64,000 nt of DNA from Mytilus californianus. Lineage: Eukaryota. The first letter of the stretch is position 1. The number at the start of each line of letters is the position of its first letter. Made by a program: the position numbers and the translations under genes. The stretch lies in assembly GCF_021869535.1 (NCBI RefSeq), contig NW_026262723.1:1612001-1676000 (forward strand). Direction: 5' to 3'. The notes under the pieces are model-generated. The model ran no database searches and was not told the DNA's origin. It saw only the letters and a list, made by a program, of their open reading frames with translations. Shown piece after piece: positions 62,657 to 64,000 of the stretch.

Positions 62657-62760
62657 CAGTACGAAATATGTCTTCAATCTAAAGAAACATTGTCCAAACA
62701 AAGTTTAATTATCAGGACTGGACATCCAGTCTAGCACGAGAAAAAACAATAGCGGGAAAT
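62657..62760 (-). other. Candidate non-coding first exon of gene B (5' boundary unknown)
   Basis: Strong donor CTG|GTAAGT at 62656; the signal exon has an acceptor, so an upstream exon is required. Confidence 0.4.
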
Positions 62761-63785
62761 TACTGTAATAACGGAACTAGTGAATACTATTGATACGGGT
62801 ACTTCGTATGTACACGTATATATACAGATCACGGGATATTGATATTTAGCGGGAATATTTTCCCTTGTTGGTCACTTCTAGCCAAGTATCAGACTGGACA
62901 ACAGTAAAATAAAGTTCGTTTTCAATTGTATTGTTATTCTAATTTGTATTTAGTAGGAATTAGATATTTTACTAAAGAGTAACTTAAGTTATTACTTATT
63001 ACACATAGATAGTATATTTACTTTATATACAGTCCAAGTATAACTCTCGAGACGGTCTTCCGAGCATTTGGGTTTGGACACACATTTTTAAAAACAGTCA
63101 ATTAATTATTGTTGCAGTGTTAGCTCTAATTAATATAATTGTTCCTTTTTTACTATTTCAGTAACAGCTTTTGATTGAACTCTGATTTATCGGAAATGAG
63201 ACAGAAATGGACAAAAAAGAAGTCGTGTAATAAGGACACATTGCATTTTCCTACTGTGTTGCTCTATCTTGAGTAGTATAGTGTTTTAATAGCTGGTGAC
63301 GTCTTTCCGCTTTTGTTTTTTTGTTGTCATTACTTGTCTGTCCTTCTTCGACATAAATTCGGTGGATCGAGATATCTTCTTACTTTTTCATTTACTTTGA
63401 AATTCTTTACACGATGTTAAAACAGATTTTTAGATTTGGGAAATAGGCATACACATATTGCCTCGAAAATTGTCAATTATGTAGGTTAAAGATGTCTACA
63501 ATTACCTCAAAATTCCTCAAAATATGTGTGGAGAATCTGTGTGTTTCAGAGGCAGGTAATAAAACAGAGCTTTTCTAATATGCTTCTGTTATTTCAAAGA
63601 TGTTATTTATCGTCATGTCTAAAAATTAATCTATTGCCCATCTTGACCACAATCCATTTCAGAGCTGGAAGATTAATTCTATTATCCATGTTACATGTAG
63701 CTATACGGACATTTTTCGATTTTATCTGCAAAACCTTGCAAAGTATTGCCTTAGTTTGTCGTTTATTATTAAATTTTGCCTTAAT

Positions 63786-63789
<4 letters not shown>

Positions 63790-63837
<48 letters not shown>

Positions 63838-63915
63838 CAGAGATACCAGGCGTACGTATAAATTACGTCAGATTCGTGTTTTGGTTAGATAAGACCCATC
63901 AGTAGCGCTCAGATG
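63790..63915 (-). repeat. A44 tract abutting a decayed family-1 hammerhead repeat copy
   Basis: Poly-A at 63790-63833 followed by tcatcagagataccagg...aagacccatcagtagcgc (minus-strand core CTGATGG). Confidence 0.65.
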
Positions 63916-64000
63916 AGAAAATCAATAACAACGTTTAAAAGCAATTAAATCTATAAAGACGCTTAGATGAAAATCTACACGACACTTGTTAATGTTGAAA

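Noticed and set aside
62750-62870. NF-kB/Rel-like sites (GGGAAATTAC, GGGAATATTTTCCC) near gene B's presumed promoter
   Set aside because: They do not match GGGRNNYYCC, similar gcgggaa strings occur in repeats elsewhere, and the TSS is unknown.
952-63861. Most remaining 60-140-aa ORFs in the track
   Set aside because: Phe/Ile/Leu/Lys-rich products expected from AT-rich non-coding DNA or repeat strands, with no domain motifs or exon logic.

Overview
AT-rich animal genomic DNA with spliceosomal introns and dense repeats; no prokaryotic features. The repeat families match ones I recall from Mytilus mussels (inference, no search run). The main content is two paralogous immunoglobulin-superfamily (IgSF)-type cell-surface receptor genes arranged tail-to-tail, reconstructed by hand from GT-AG splice sites and reading-frame phase. 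Gene A (+ strand, ~1.9-40.8 kb): signal peptide, two atypical Cys-rich Ig-like domains (D1, D2), a Ser/Thr/Glu-rich stalk and a hydrophobic segment ending in an in-frame TAG, followed by what look like leftover tail exons. Gene B (- strand, ~62.7-43.1 kb): signal peptide, homologous D1 and D2, three more Ig domains, a TM segment, micro-exons and an acidic tail with 7 Tyr including S-T-Y-E-E-I (ITIM consensus and Src-SH2 pYEEI). Together they resemble a signalling receptor plus a tailless or GPI-anchored counterpart, i.e. a candidate paired-receptor locus. The introns hold a Harbinger transposase fossil, two fused Penelope-like RT relics, degenerate minimal type-I hammerhead ribozyme repeats of two families, a Helentron/HINE-like element with a 321-bp dimeric higher-order repeat, and several hairpin MITEs. 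All gene models are untested predictions.
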